Below, piece after piece: positions 26,214 to 35,845 of a stretch of 64,000 nt of DNA. This DNA is from Clostridia bacterium (GTDB lineage Bacteria; Bacillota; Clostridia; Oscillospirales; CAG-272). Location of the stretch: the NCBI GenBank assembly GCA_017453245.1, contig JAFTKM010000020.1, forward strand, positions 877 to 64,876, given 5' to 3'. The position numbers and the translations under genes are program-made. The stretch's first letter is position 1; every line of letters starts with the position of its first letter. The notes under the pieces were generated by a model that saw only the letters and a list, made by a program, of their open reading frames with translations, was not told the origin of the DNA and ran no database searches.

Positions 26214-29200
26214 ATGAAACAACGTTTGCAATCACTTTTTAGATTTATGCGGCGCAACCGCGCTTTGACCAAGATCATTTCCTTCGCCCTTTCATTAATC
26301 TTGGTATTCTACGTGATACCATCAACCATATACACCAAAGCCGCGGAGCTTTTGGATGGCTCGGATGAGCCTATCTCCGAGGTTGATGCCTCGTCGAGCT
26401 CTGCAGGCTCTACAAATACTTCACAACCGACCGGCGTGCTCTTTGAGGACATATCCCTAAGAGAAGAAAGCGTAAAGCACTTCCACCTAGAGGACGGAAC
26501 ATACCTCGCCGCTCAGTACAATTACCCCGTACATACCCTCGACAGTGATGGTGCGTGGCAGGATATAGATAACGCACTCTCAGAGTCGGGCAGTGAGTTC
26601 ATCAACAGTAACGCTCGAATCAAGTTCGCTAAGAAGATAAACGGCTCGAGCGAGCTCTTTGCCCTCCACGACGGAAATACTAAGCTCACCCTCACGCTTA
26701 TCGACGCCATAAAAGGCGTAGTAGGCGAGGTAACGAATAACAGCGACGCAGAAGCGGATACGAAGCTCCAGAAGATGATGAATCTCGAGAAGCTCTCCGC
26801 AAGCGTTATATACCGAGATATCCTCGACGGAGTAGACCTCGAGTACGTAGCCTACTCAATGAACGTCAAGGAGAATATTATAGTCAAGGAGAAAAAAGAC
26901 TCCTACACCTACTCCTTTGAGCTCAAGCTCAACGGTCTCACTCCCACCCTCACCGAAAATGGAGATATTGAGATCAGAGAGGATGGCGCGGATGAGATAA
27001 AGTACCTTATCCCCGCACCCGTGGTGTTTGACGCAAACGGTGAGCACGCACCGAGCACCGCATCCGCATATACCCTCACGCACAAGAACGGTAAGAAATA
27101 TATCCTTACTGTCACCGTAGACAGCGCGTGGATGAATGATGAAACGAGAGCCTTTCCCGTGACGGTGGATCCGACGGTAGAGGATGCTAATACGCAAATA
27201 ACGGATACATATATAGATTTTCAGAATAGCACCTTTAGAGGAAATACAAGTACGCTTCTTTATGTTGATAGCAGGAAAAATGCCTATTGGTCAAGTGAAA
27301 ACCTTCCCACTATTCCAAGATCAGCAAATATCGTTGATGCTACGTTTAAGATCACTGTAGCAGGATTAGGTATGAACAGTTATATCGGTGTATACGATCT
27401 TGTGACAGGATGGGATAGCAGCTTATGTGCAGACTACTACTCTAATTACGGGGACGGAATACTGAATAGCCTTGCAACGGATTACTGCTACGTAACTGGA
27501 GTAGGAAATTACACCTTTGATATAACGAGAATAGTTAAGTCTTGGTATGACGGTAATGAAGGAGGAAATATTCTCTTTCAGTATGGAATAGGCTTTGCAC
27601 CTCTTAGCGGTTATTCCGCAAGCGTTTGGTTTCATTCTAATGAAGCAAGCGATAGCAGCGTTAGACCTACCCTTACTATTACCTACAAGGATATGAAGGG
27701 AGTAGAGTCATATTGGCCCATCACTTCTCATGGCGCGGGCACGGCAGGCTCCGGAAGCGTAAACCTTGCAAACGGTAATCTTGTGTTTACAATTCCTACG
27801 CTTACTGCAACGGATAGCATCTTCTCATTTACACCTACTCTGGTGTATGATGCTTCTATGTCCGGTAAGGCTTATTACGATCAGACCTCCGGGATAGGCG
27901 TAACGACCCCGTTTCTCGGATACGGTTTTAAGCTGAATATGAATGAGACACTCAGATGCCAATCTGACGATGACGTAACCGTATACTACGTATATTCGGA
28001 TGCAGATGGAACTGAGCACCGTTTATTGGAAGATGGAACCACAAATACACACAAGGATGAGGACGGTCTCGGACTCACTCTTACCACGGATTCAAGCGGA
28101 AACGTTATTATATCGAGCGAATCAGGTGGTATTAGATTCTTCGAGAAGGTATCTCATGCAGATTTTGGTACCAGATGGAGACTCTCGTATTATCAGGATG
28201 TCTACGGCAACAGACTTGTGTATTCGTATATGCAAATTTATTATGATCTCTTTAAGCCGACTAAGGTATCCTTACTTCCAAACGGTCATACAACAGCGAT
28301 TGATCTTTTAGAGCTCCGTTATCATTCAACTACCGGCAAGCTTATAATGGTATATAATCCCGCGACGGAGGCTGCCGCAGTGCTGAGATACTCGAGCACG
28401 TATAACGGAGACATAGTGTCCGGCGGATATATGTACTTAAGACAGATAGATTATGCTTACGGAAATTCTTCTGTTACAAGCGATAATTGGGATGCCTTTG
28501 CTCTTGATGTAAACTCAGCTACCAACATCTCCGTATACAGTACAGCTAAGTATAACTATGACTCTGCGGGCAGACTTATTGAAGCGCAGGACGTAACAAA
28601 TGGAACTTCGATTAAGTATACTTGGCAGAATTATAATTTAACCGGAGTAAAAGAATACGCGGGAACAACTCTCGGTCAGCAGCTTGGCTTCAGCTACGAC
28701 GTAGGCTTTGCCGAAGTGCGAGCTACAGGAAACGACGAGATACTTGACACATCTGACGATATCCTCACACGTTATACTATGGATATCTACGGCAGAGCGG
28801 TAAGCGTTTACTCCTGCTCGTCCGACGGAAGCGAGATGTACGGAGCGACCTCGGGTGTGTATGATGATGCAAGCCGTGAGAATAATCTTAAGAACAAGGC
28901 TGTAGTCGGCGGCTCAGCGGTCAATTTTCTTCTCAACGGAGATTTTGAGGAGTTTGATGCAAACGGTAATTTCTTGCATTGGACCCACGATAGCTTAGTA
29001 CTCGATTATGAATCTTATCCACAGAGCGACTTTGGTTATAATATGGCAGGATTCACCCCGACAACCACTCAGGATGCGACCTTATCTCAGACGGTATTCC
29101 TCCCAGCGGGTGAGTACAATTTGTCTATGATCTACGTTTCAAGATCATGTCTTAATTATGAGGCTGAGGTAAGCGTTACATCTACGGTAGGCTCGGGACT

Positions 29201-32200
29201 AAGTCTTACAGAGAGCTTGTTTCTCAACAAGGAGTCTGTAACTCTTAAAAAGTCTTCGTTCTCCACGTCCTTTGAGATTGCATCTTACCAAAGCGGAGGA
29301 GATTACGTTGAGATAAAAATTACTGTGGGAAGAAACGCGGCAGGTAGTAACTCTAGAATTTTCAAGATCGACAACGTGATGCTCTCCAATACCGTTGGCG
29401 CTGCAGATTACTCGTTTGTAAGATATGGAAACTTTGAAGCAAATTCGCTTGGTTCGGGCAGCACTATAGTACCTGTGAGTCGACATTTAGCATACATTAA
29501 TGAATATTCCATAGATACCGCGTATATTAACGGCACTATTTATGATTCCTTAAGGATAGAACATGGCTTAGAAGACTGCTTTGTGCGGCAACGTATATAC
29601 GAGGTCAATGAGGATGATCTTTTATATTACGGTACACAAGACTTTCAGAGCAACGCTACCGGGGATTATATAATATCCGGTTTTGCCTATGCGCCCAATG
29701 CTATCTGTACAGACGATTCCGACGTAAAGATCAGCGTATACGTTCATTACTATCAGGGCGAGGGAAAGGTTGACGAGTTGGTAATTCACGAATTTGAATT
29801 CCTTCCCGGAATAGATAACTGGCAGTTTCTTAGTGGCTCGTTCAGCACGAAAATTATACCGGAATCCGAGAGTGAAAGAAATAAGTATGTTTGCGTTAGC
29901 GCTATAGATATTTATTATGAATATAATAATCAGCCTTACGGGTATGCGCTCTTTGATAATATATCTATCATCAGAGCAGACGTAGATAATTACGTGGAAT
30001 ATGCGTATTACACCGAGGGAGACAAAAAAGGCTTGCTCTCTATGAAGCGCACTTCGGACTATACGGAATACTACGATTACGATGAGAATAAGAACCTTAG
30101 TGCCGTAGCAACGAGTGACGGTGATATGACGTTCTACTACTATAATTCAAGTAATCCTCATCAGCTCTCGTATATTGTGCAGAGCAGATATGCATATAAT
30201 GCAGAAAACTACTATCCCGTGACGAATGCATTACCCTTCTCGTCGAGTAATATATATTACAAAACCAAGACGGAGTATAGTTATGACAATTATGGAAACG
30301 TAGAGGGAATTTTAGTTTCGTCTATGAATGAGGATACAGAAGTAAAGACGACTCGCACTTCGTTTACTTATGAGGTTACAGCAGGCTCTGTAATATTTGG
30401 AGCACTACTATCCGAAACAGATGAAACAGGAACGACTATTCGCTACTATTACGACCCCGACACGTGTATGCTTGATGCCACGGTGAACGAGACCTCGGGC
30501 AACGGTCTTGTGTATAACTACGATAGCCTGCGCAGACTTGTCTCAGTAACTCCCGGGCAGTACGTATCGAGCTCGTCCTATACCGAAACAACCAATGCTG
30601 AAAAGGTAGAATATACCTACGGTACCGACCATATGTTGGAGGAGATATCCACCGTTTCTACCAACTATACCTTCTCTTACGATGAGTTCGGTAACAGAGT
30701 ATGGGTAAAGGCGGGAGATAACACTCTTGCATCCTATGAGTACGCAGAAAAGAACGGAAAGCTCAAGAAAACTACCTATGGAAACGGATTTGTCGTAGAA
30801 TATGTGTATAATGACCTTGAAAATCTTTCCGAGATATGGTATACTGAAGGTGAAGGCGCGAGTGTTAAAGCGTACGAGTACGAGTATACCACAGACGGAC
30901 AGATACACAGAGTCAAGGATAACATAAACGGAAGGCAGACAGTTTACACTTACGATAGCCGTAACAGAGTAGCAAATATCTCAAGCAGTTCTACGGACGA
31001 CTCGTATAATGATCTGTTTACGTACGTAGAGTATGACGATATTGGTAGAGTAACTTATAATTCTACTTATGTAAACATACTTGGAAGTACAACGTATGAT
31101 GATGGCGCGGTTGCTTATATGTACTCCTATAATGGAGAAAATAATCAGCTGAGTCAAATGTTAATAAATACTACAGGTGCAAACGGCGGTATCGACTATA
31201 CCTACGATGAACTGTTTAGGTTGAGTACGGAAGATGTGACTCTGGGATCATTTGACGTATCTTACACCTACAACTACAAGAATTACGGTGATTATACCTC
31301 CGGTCAGATTGGAAGCGTAACGACAACGGTTAATGAAACCACGACCAAGAGTGCAACATACTCATATAGTCCTGATGGTAATATTACCAAGATAACTTAT
31401 AGTGACGGCACTTACGTAACATATACGTATGACGACCTTGGCCAGCTGACAAGAGAGTGTAATACAGCGCTGGGTTATAGCTACACGTACACCTATGATA
31501 ACGCGGGTAATATTACTCAGACTACTAAAGAGTTGATCGATGCCGATGACGATGATGGACCTATCGCAATATATGAAATTGGTTCCGAGTCGGAAACCTT
31601 AGCCGTTAATCCGAATTTATCGTTATTACCGCTGACCAGAACTTATAGCTATACGAACTCTCAGTGGGGAGATCTTTTAACTGCATATAACGGAACGGCT
31701 ATAACCTATGATGATATAGGAAATCCACTCAGCTATTACAATGGCTCAAGTTACATCTTCACGTGGGATGGACGCAGACTTGCTACCGCTGTTAAGGGCT
31801 CCAATTCTATGTCCTTTACATATAATGATGACGGGCTTAGAGTGACTAAAACCGTTAACGGCGTTGTAACCACTTACTATTACCAGGGCTCACTTCTTAT
31901 AGCGGAAGAAACAAATTCGCAAATCTTAGTTTACATATATGATACTAACGGTTCACCTGTGGGCTTTAAGTACAGGGGCGCGGATTACGAAAGTGGCGTT
32001 TGGGATGCTTATGCTTATGAGAAAAACATTCAAGGTGATATAGTTGCGGTATATGATGTCGCAACCGGTAATAAATTGATAGCATATAAGTACAATGCTT
32101 GGGGTGTTTGCTCTACAAGCTACTACAACAGCGGTTCTACCACTACTGCAACAAAGAATTCGTTTAAGTACAGAGGATATTACTACGATTCCAACCTCGG

Positions 32201-32870
32201 ATTGTATTATTTGCAGAGTAGATACTATGATCCGAATACTTGTAGATTCATAAATGCGGATGGATATGTATCAACAGGGCAAGGATTGCTTGATTATAAT
32301 ATGTTCATGTATTGCAATAACAATCCTGTAGTGTTTAGTGACGAATCCGGATATGCTCCTAAATGGATAGAAACGATGATAGATATTGCTTTATATTTTG
32401 TTTCGGCAGTAATATCCGTGGCAACTGCAACCATAGAAACTACTCATAATGTGATTGAAGGAGAAGGAATTATTGATTCAATGGCCGCGGGGGTTGAAAC
32501 AGGAATAGCCACCTTTGGAACAATCAATAATAAGGTAAATGAAATTTACTACAACAACTATTCTACCGGAAATAGTGAATTGACATCGAGTAGTTATCAA
32601 GGTGGATATATTAACCGATGGGATCGCCTAGATTATACTAAGCAACAGACTGAGCAGAGCACATATAATGCTACTGCATGGTTATATTTTAGCGAATATA
32701 ATCTGCATATGTATGCATGGTATGCGTGCGGATGGGCGTATGATACAAAGATTCCTGTTTTTTCGGACATAGCACATAGTGCATATTCCGCAGAAGTTGA
32801 GGTCGGGAAAATGGATGAGAGACCGTTTGTAATGTTCGGAACTCTTGTCATAGGTTATCTGGGATTATAA
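26214..32870 (+). CDS. RHS/YD-repeat polymorphic toxin (2218 aa) with a variable C-terminal toxin domain
   Basis: GGAGG RBS and an N-terminal signal-anchor. Many YD repeats (YSYDNYGNV, FSYDEFGNRV, YTYDSRNRV, YTYDNAGNIT). RHS core end YRGYYYDSNLGLYYLQSRYYDPNTCRFINAD...MYCNNNPVVFSDESG, then a ~170-aa unrelated tip. Confidence 0.9.
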   Translation: MKQRLQSLFRFMRRNRALTKIISFALSLILVFYVIPSTIYTKAAELLDGSDEPISEVDASSSSAGSTNTSQPTGVLFEDISLREESVKHFHLEDGTYLAAQYNYPVHTLDSDGAWQDIDNALSESGSEFINSNARIKFAKKINGSSELFALHDGNTKLTLTLIDAIKGVVGEVTNNSDAEADTKLQKMMNLEKLSASVIYRDILDGVDLEYVAYSMNVKENIIVKEKKDSYTYSFELKLNGLTPTLTENGDIEIREDGADEIKYLIPAPVVFDANGEHAPSTASAYTLTHKNGKKYILTVTVDSAWMNDETRAFPVTVDPTVEDANTQITDTYIDFQNSTFRGNTSTLLYVDSRKNAYWSSENLPTIPRSANIVDATFKITVAGLGMNSYIGVYDLVTGWDSSLCADYYSNYGDGILNSLATDYCYVTGVGNYTFDITRIVKSWYDGNEGGNILFQYGIGFAPLSGYSASVWFHSNEASDSSVRPTLTITYKDMKGVESYWPITSHGAGTAGSGSVNLANGNLVFTIPTLTATDSIFSFTPTLVYDASMSGKAYYDQTSGIGVTTPFLGYGFKLNMNETLRCQSDDDVTVYYVYSDADGTEHRLLEDGTTNTHKDEDGLGLTLTTDSSGNVIISSESGGIRFFEKVSHADFGTRWRLSYYQDVYGNRLVYSYMQIYYDLFKPTKVSLLPNGHTTAIDLLELRYHSTTGKLIMVYNPATEAAAVLRYSSTYNGDIVSGGYMYLRQIDYAYGNSSVTSDNWDAFALDVNSATNISVYSTAKYNYDSAGRLIEAQDVTNGTSIKYTWQNYNLTGVKEYAGTTLGQQLGFSYDVGFAEVRATGNDEILDTSDDILTRYTMDIYGRAVSVYSCSSDGSEMYGATSGVYDDASRENNLKNKAVVGGSAVNFLLNGDFEEFDANGNFLHWTHDSLVLDYESYPQSDFGYNMAGFTPTTTQDATLSQTVFLPAGEYNLSMIYVSRSCLNYEAEVSVTSTVGSGLSLTESLFLNKESVTLKKSSFSTSFEIASYQSGGDYVEIKITVGRNAAGSNSRIFKIDNVMLSNTVGAADYSFVRYGNFEANSLGSGSTIVPVSRHLAYINEYSIDTAYINGTIYDSLRIEHGLEDCFVRQRIYEVNEDDLLYYGTQDFQSNATGDYIISGFAYAPNAICTDDSDVKISVYVHYYQGEGKVDELVIHEFEFLPGIDNWQFLSGSFSTKIIPESESERNKYVCVSAIDIYYEYNNQPYGYALFDNISIIRADVDNYVEYAYYTEGDKKGLLSMKRTSDYTEYYDYDENKNLSAVATSDGDMTFYYYNSSNPHQLSYIVQSRYAYNAENYYPVTNALPFSSSNIYYKTKTEYSYDNYGNVEGILVSSMNEDTEVKTTRTSFTYEVTAGSVIFGALLSETDETGTTIRYYYDPDTCMLDATVNETSGNGLVYNYDSLRRLVSVTPGQYVSSSSYTETTNAEKVEYTYGTDHMLEEISTVSTNYTFSYDEFGNRVWVKAGDNTLASYEYAEKNGKLKKTTYGNGFVVEYVYNDLENLSEIWYTEGEGASVKAYEYEYTTDGQIHRVKDNINGRQTVYTYDSRNRVANISSSSTDDSYNDLFTYVEYDDIGRVTYNSTYVNILGSTTYDDGAVAYMYSYNGENNQLSQMLINTTGANGGIDYTYDELFRLSTEDVTLGSFDVSYTYNYKNYGDYTSGQIGSVTTTVNETTTKSATYSYSPDGNITKITYSDGTYVTYTYDDLGQLTRECNTALGYSYTYTYDNAGNITQTTKELIDADDDDGPIAIYEIGSESETLAVNPNLSLLPLTRTYSYTNSQWGDLLTAYNGTAITYDDIGNPLSYYNGSSYIFTWDGRRLATAVKGSNSMSFTYNDDGLRVTKTVNGVVTTYYYQGSLLIAEETNSQILVYIYDTNGSPVGFKYRGADYESGVWDAYAYEKNIQGDIVAVYDVATGNKLIAYKYNAWGVCSTSYYNSGSTTTATKNSFKYRGYYYDSNLGLYYLQSRYYDPNTCRFINADGYVSTGQGLLDYNMFMYCNNNPVVFSDESGYAPKWIETMIDIALYFVSAVISVATATIETTHNVIEGEGIIDSMAAGVETGIATFGTINNKVNEIYYNNYSTGNSELTSSSYQGGYINRWDRLDYTKQQTEQSTYNATAWLYFSEYNLHMYAWYACGWAYDTKIPVFSDIAHSAYSAEVEVGKMDERPFVMFGTLVIGYLGL

Positions 32871-32882
32871 GGAGGAAATGTT

Positions 32883-33506
32883 ATGAAAAAAGCAATTAGT
32901 ATTATTCTACTTTTTTCGTGTTGTTTCGCTCTATATTCTTGTAATTACACCTATCATGATCTGGAAAAATCATCTATTAATGAGTATATAGATCTCGTTA
33001 ATAAAAGTCATATAGGTCATTCCGATGTAGAGATAGATCATCCGGATTTTTTCTTGCCCAGTAATGCATTTTTAACGGATTATGCTTATTCTGAAGGAAT
33101 GTACTTTTGGCGTGAAGATGATATGCTTAGAGGATTATCGACTACGAGTGTTCGTCCGGACATCTCTTTTATATACTTAAGGTATGAAGATGAAACCTAT
33201 ACCGAGGCGAAGGCATTTATGTTAGAGAAAATCAAGTCTTACGGAGATAAGCGTTATTTATATGGCGATTATGTATTTTATGAAAACGCAAACTTTATTG
33301 AATTTAAAAAAACTAGAAGATTTCCGGAACAGTTCACTATGGCTTGCTACAATGATAGCAACAATACATTAATATTCATCGGTATGTATTCAGGTACGCT
33401 TAGGGGAGGATCGTGCCTAGAAAAGCGCTACTTGGATGATATCGATGGTAATTGGATATCATTTTTAGATACTTATTATGGCGAGGTTTACGATTTTAGC
33501 AAATGA
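32883..33506 (+). CDS. putative cognate immunity lipoprotein
   Basis: Starts 12 nt after the rhs stop with a GGAGG RBS. Lipobox LLFSCCFALYSCN. The position is typical of rhs immunity genes. Confidence 0.65.
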   Translation: MKKAISIILLFSCCFALYSCNYTYHDLEKSSINEYIDLVNKSHIGHSDVEIDHPDFFLPSNAFLTDYAYSEGMYFWREDDMLRGLSTTSVRPDISFIYLRYEDETYTEAKAFMLEKIKSYGDKRYLYGDYVFYENANFIEFKKTRRFPEQFTMACYNDSNNTLIFIGMYSGTLRGGSCLEKRYLDDIDGNWISFLDTYYGEVYDFSK

Positions 33507-33587
33507 AATTCTTTTGCACTGCAAAAAAAGCTTTATGATAAACAGTAAGCCAAGATAACTGAAGAATGATTTACTAAGTAACCACTT

Positions 33588-33615
33588 CCGAGAGCCCGAT
33601 TTGTCGGGCTCTCGG
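33588..33615. repeat. hairpin CCGAGAGCCCGATTTGTCGGGCTCTCGG, repeated at 35766-35790
   Basis: A near-identical GAGAGCCCGAT(T)(T/C)GTCGGGCTCTC hairpin follows both immunity genes. Confidence 0.7.
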
Positions 33616-33637
33616 ATGAACCGACTTTTGTCGTATT

Positions 33638-33767
33638 GCTATAACCTATGATGCTATAGGAAATCCTCTTAGTTATTACAACGGTTCCAGCTACACCTTC
33701 ACGTGGGATGGACGTAGGCTTGCTACCGCTGTTAAGGGCTCCAATTCTATGTCCTTTACATACAATG
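33638..33767 (+). pseudogene. 5' homology arm of the orphan rhs module (no start codon)
   Basis: Nucleotide homology to 31698-31827 of the main rhs gene (AITYD.IGNPLSYYNGSSY.FTWDGRRLATAVKGSNSMSFTYN). Begins abruptly and is out of frame with the downstream part. Confidence 0.8.
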
Positions 33768-33887
33768 TAGACAAGCAAAAACAATTGAGTATTGTTTTTG
33801 TGAAGTTGAAACCGCCCAAAGCAAGGAGCGGGCAGAGCCGTAGACTTGCGAAGGCGATAGTACGCGACTATGCGACGGTGGCGTAAA
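33768..33887 (+). repeat. structured repeat copy 4, inserted in the orphan rhs module
   Basis: ~120 nt that is absent from the equivalent point of the main rhs gene (31828-31836). Its reverse complement aligns with 1070-1187. It contains GGAGCGG and CAGAGCCG core words as in copies 1 and 2. Confidence 0.75.
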
Positions 33888-34967
33888 GGACTTAGAGTGA
33901 CTAAAACCGTTAATGACGTTGCAACTACTTACTATTACCAAGGCTCGCTTCTTATAGCGGAAGAAACGAATTCGCAAATATTAGTTTACATATATGGTAC
34001 TAACGGTTCACCTGTGGGCTTTAAGTACAGAGGCGCGGATTACGAAAGTGGCGTTTGGGATGCTTATGCTTATGAGAAAAACATTCAGGGAGATATTGTT
34101 GCGGTATATGATGCATCTACAGGTACAAAGCTGATATCCTATAGATATAACGCTTGGGGCGTATGCAGCCCTACGTATCATAACAGTGGCTCTACCACTA
34201 CAGCAACCAAGAACCCGTTTAAGTACAGAGGATATTACTATGACTCCGATCTCGGATTGTATTATCTGCAGAGTAGGTACTACGATCAGAACACCGGTAG
34301 GTTTATCTCTCCCGACTCCTTAATGTCCGGTGTAAACGGAAGTCTCCACGGCTTTAACCTTTACGCATATTGCTTCAATAATCCTATTTCGTTTATAGAC
34401 TCCGAAGGCAATTGGCCTACGAAGGAAGAAGTTTACAAGTGGATTGAGAATAAGAGAGATGAAGCTGAAGAAGTATGGAATGATGTAACTGAATGGGTAG
34501 AAAATAAAGTTTCAGAAATAGGAGCAGGCTCTGCAGGCGTAAGTCTTAGTTTTACATATGATCATGTGCTTGTAAACGTACAGGTTGGAATAGCAAAAGA
34601 TCGGCAAGGCAATAAAGATCTTCAAATATCGATTTCCTCGGGTTCGACCAGCGCGGCATATGGTTTATTCATCGGAGGGTATTCTACAATAACAAATGCC
34701 CCGAGTGTTGACAAACTTACTGGTGGCTATAGTCAGGTAGGTGGTTCATATGGTTCTTTGGCATATGGATTGCCTGTGGCTGGAGGTGTAGATGTAATAA
34801 AAATGAATGATGCAGATACGAATGACATTTATCACGGATTATCTTTTTCAGGAGGATTTGGAACGCCTGGAGTAGAAGCTCATTTTGGAACTGGAACTAC
34901 GTTTTCATATACTGGTGTTGTTGATACTTATAATCAAGTAATTAATTTTTTTGATGATCTACGTTAA
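33870..34967 (+). CDS. orphan RHS C-terminal fragment (core end plus an alternative toxin tip)
   Basis: High identity to rhs residues LRVTKTVNGVVTTYYYQGSLLIAEETNSQILVYIY...YRGYYYDS.LGLYYLQSRYYD, then a different Gly-rich tip. The ATG lies inside the inserted repeat and there is no good RBS, so expression is doubtful. Confidence 0.7.
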   Translation: MRRWRKGLRVTKTVNDVATTYYYQGSLLIAEETNSQILVYIYGTNGSPVGFKYRGADYESGVWDAYAYEKNIQGDIVAVYDASTGTKLISYRYNAWGVCSPTYHNSGSTTTATKNPFKYRGYYYDSDLGLYYLQSRYYDQNTGRFISPDSLMSGVNGSLHGFNLYAYCFNNPISFIDSEGNWPTKEEVYKWIENKRDEAEEVWNDVTEWVENKVSEIGAGSAGVSLSFTYDHVLVNVQVGIAKDRQGNKDLQISISSGSTSAAYGLFIGGYSTITNAPSVDKLTGGYSQVGGSYGSLAYGLPVAGGVDVIKMNDADTNDIYHGLSFSGGFGTPGVEAHFGTGTTFSYTGVVDTYNQVINFFDDLR

Positions 34968-34982
34968 CGAGGAGTCTGGTGC

Positions 34983-35717
34983 ATGAAAAAAGTATTCTTA
35001 ATTATTGGTTTTGTGGTTTTCTTAGTTGTTTTGTTTACATCAATTTTAAATGCATTCGTTAAGACGGATTCAAGTAAGGAGCAAATTCCAAATTTGGTTT
35101 TGACTGAAATTACAGATCAAGAGAGGCTTAATCGTTTTTATGAAAATGTTAGCGTTAAGATTTCAACAATTCAGCCTGTAAAATCTGTGATAGAAAGTTT
35201 TGATGTTAATGAAAACGGGATGATTGCACTTCTGCACCCTTCTTATTTGGGTGTACGATATATACGAATTATTTCCAGCGATGGTACATTTCAAAAGGCC
35301 TTCACATATAAAAACAACACGTCTGTTGCAGTAAGGTGGGTAGGAGACGATTTGCAGATATTCAACGTTCGTGGAGGACACGCGTTTACCATTGATATGG
35401 ATGCAAACATTCTGGGCGTTTATGATATCAAAGAAGATGAGGGCTGGAACGCATATTTGCATGATGTTTTGAAGACAGACGAGAAAAAGATTGGTGATAC
35501 CACTTATTCTGTTAGGAAGGATCACGGTAAGATAAGTTCCTTTGCTCAAAATTCGTCTAAGTTGGTGGTTACTACTGATGCTGATGAAAAGGTAATATAT
35601 GATGTTAGCGTGAAAGGATATGCAAATGCTGTTTTTGGAATAGGCTTTTTTGTACTATTTTTTGTGCTTGCGATTGTTGTTGCTATTATAATATTCAGGA
35701 AATATTCAAAGTATTAA
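34983..35717 (+). CDS. putative immunity protein for the orphan toxin tip (membrane anchored at both ends)
   Basis: GAGGAG RBS, N-terminal TM (VFLIIGFVVFLVVLFTSIL) and C-terminal TM (VFGIGFFVLFFVLAIVVAIIIF). Lies immediately downstream of the orphan tip. Confidence 0.6.
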   Translation: MKKVFLIIGFVVFLVVLFTSILNAFVKTDSSKEQIPNLVLTEITDQERLNRFYENVSVKISTIQPVKSVIESFDVNENGMIALLHPSYLGVRYIRIISSDGTFQKAFTYKNNTSVAVRWVGDDLQIFNVRGGHAFTIDMDANILGVYDIKEDEGWNAYLHDVLKTDEKKIGDTTYSVRKDHGKISSFAQNSSKLVVTTDADEKVIYDVSVKGYANAVFGIGFFVLFFVLAIVVAIIIFRKYSKY

Positions 35718-35765
35718 CCATTACTTAAAACATTGCAGAAAAACAATCAAAAATTTAAACTTACA

Positions 35766-35796
35766 GGAGAGCCCGATTCGTCGGGCTCTCTTTTTT
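35766..35796 (+). terminator. rho-independent terminator
   Basis: GGAGAGCCCGA-TTCG-TCGGGCTCTC followed by TTTTTT. Confidence 0.8.
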
Positions 35797-35815
35797 GCTT
35801 TGAGTTTTTAATATA

Positions 35816-35845
35816 AAAAGTGCTCACCGCTTAGGTGAGCACTTT
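35816..35845. terminator. bidirectional terminator
   Basis: AAAAGTGCTCACC-GCTT-AGGTGAGCACTTTT. Confidence 0.75.
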
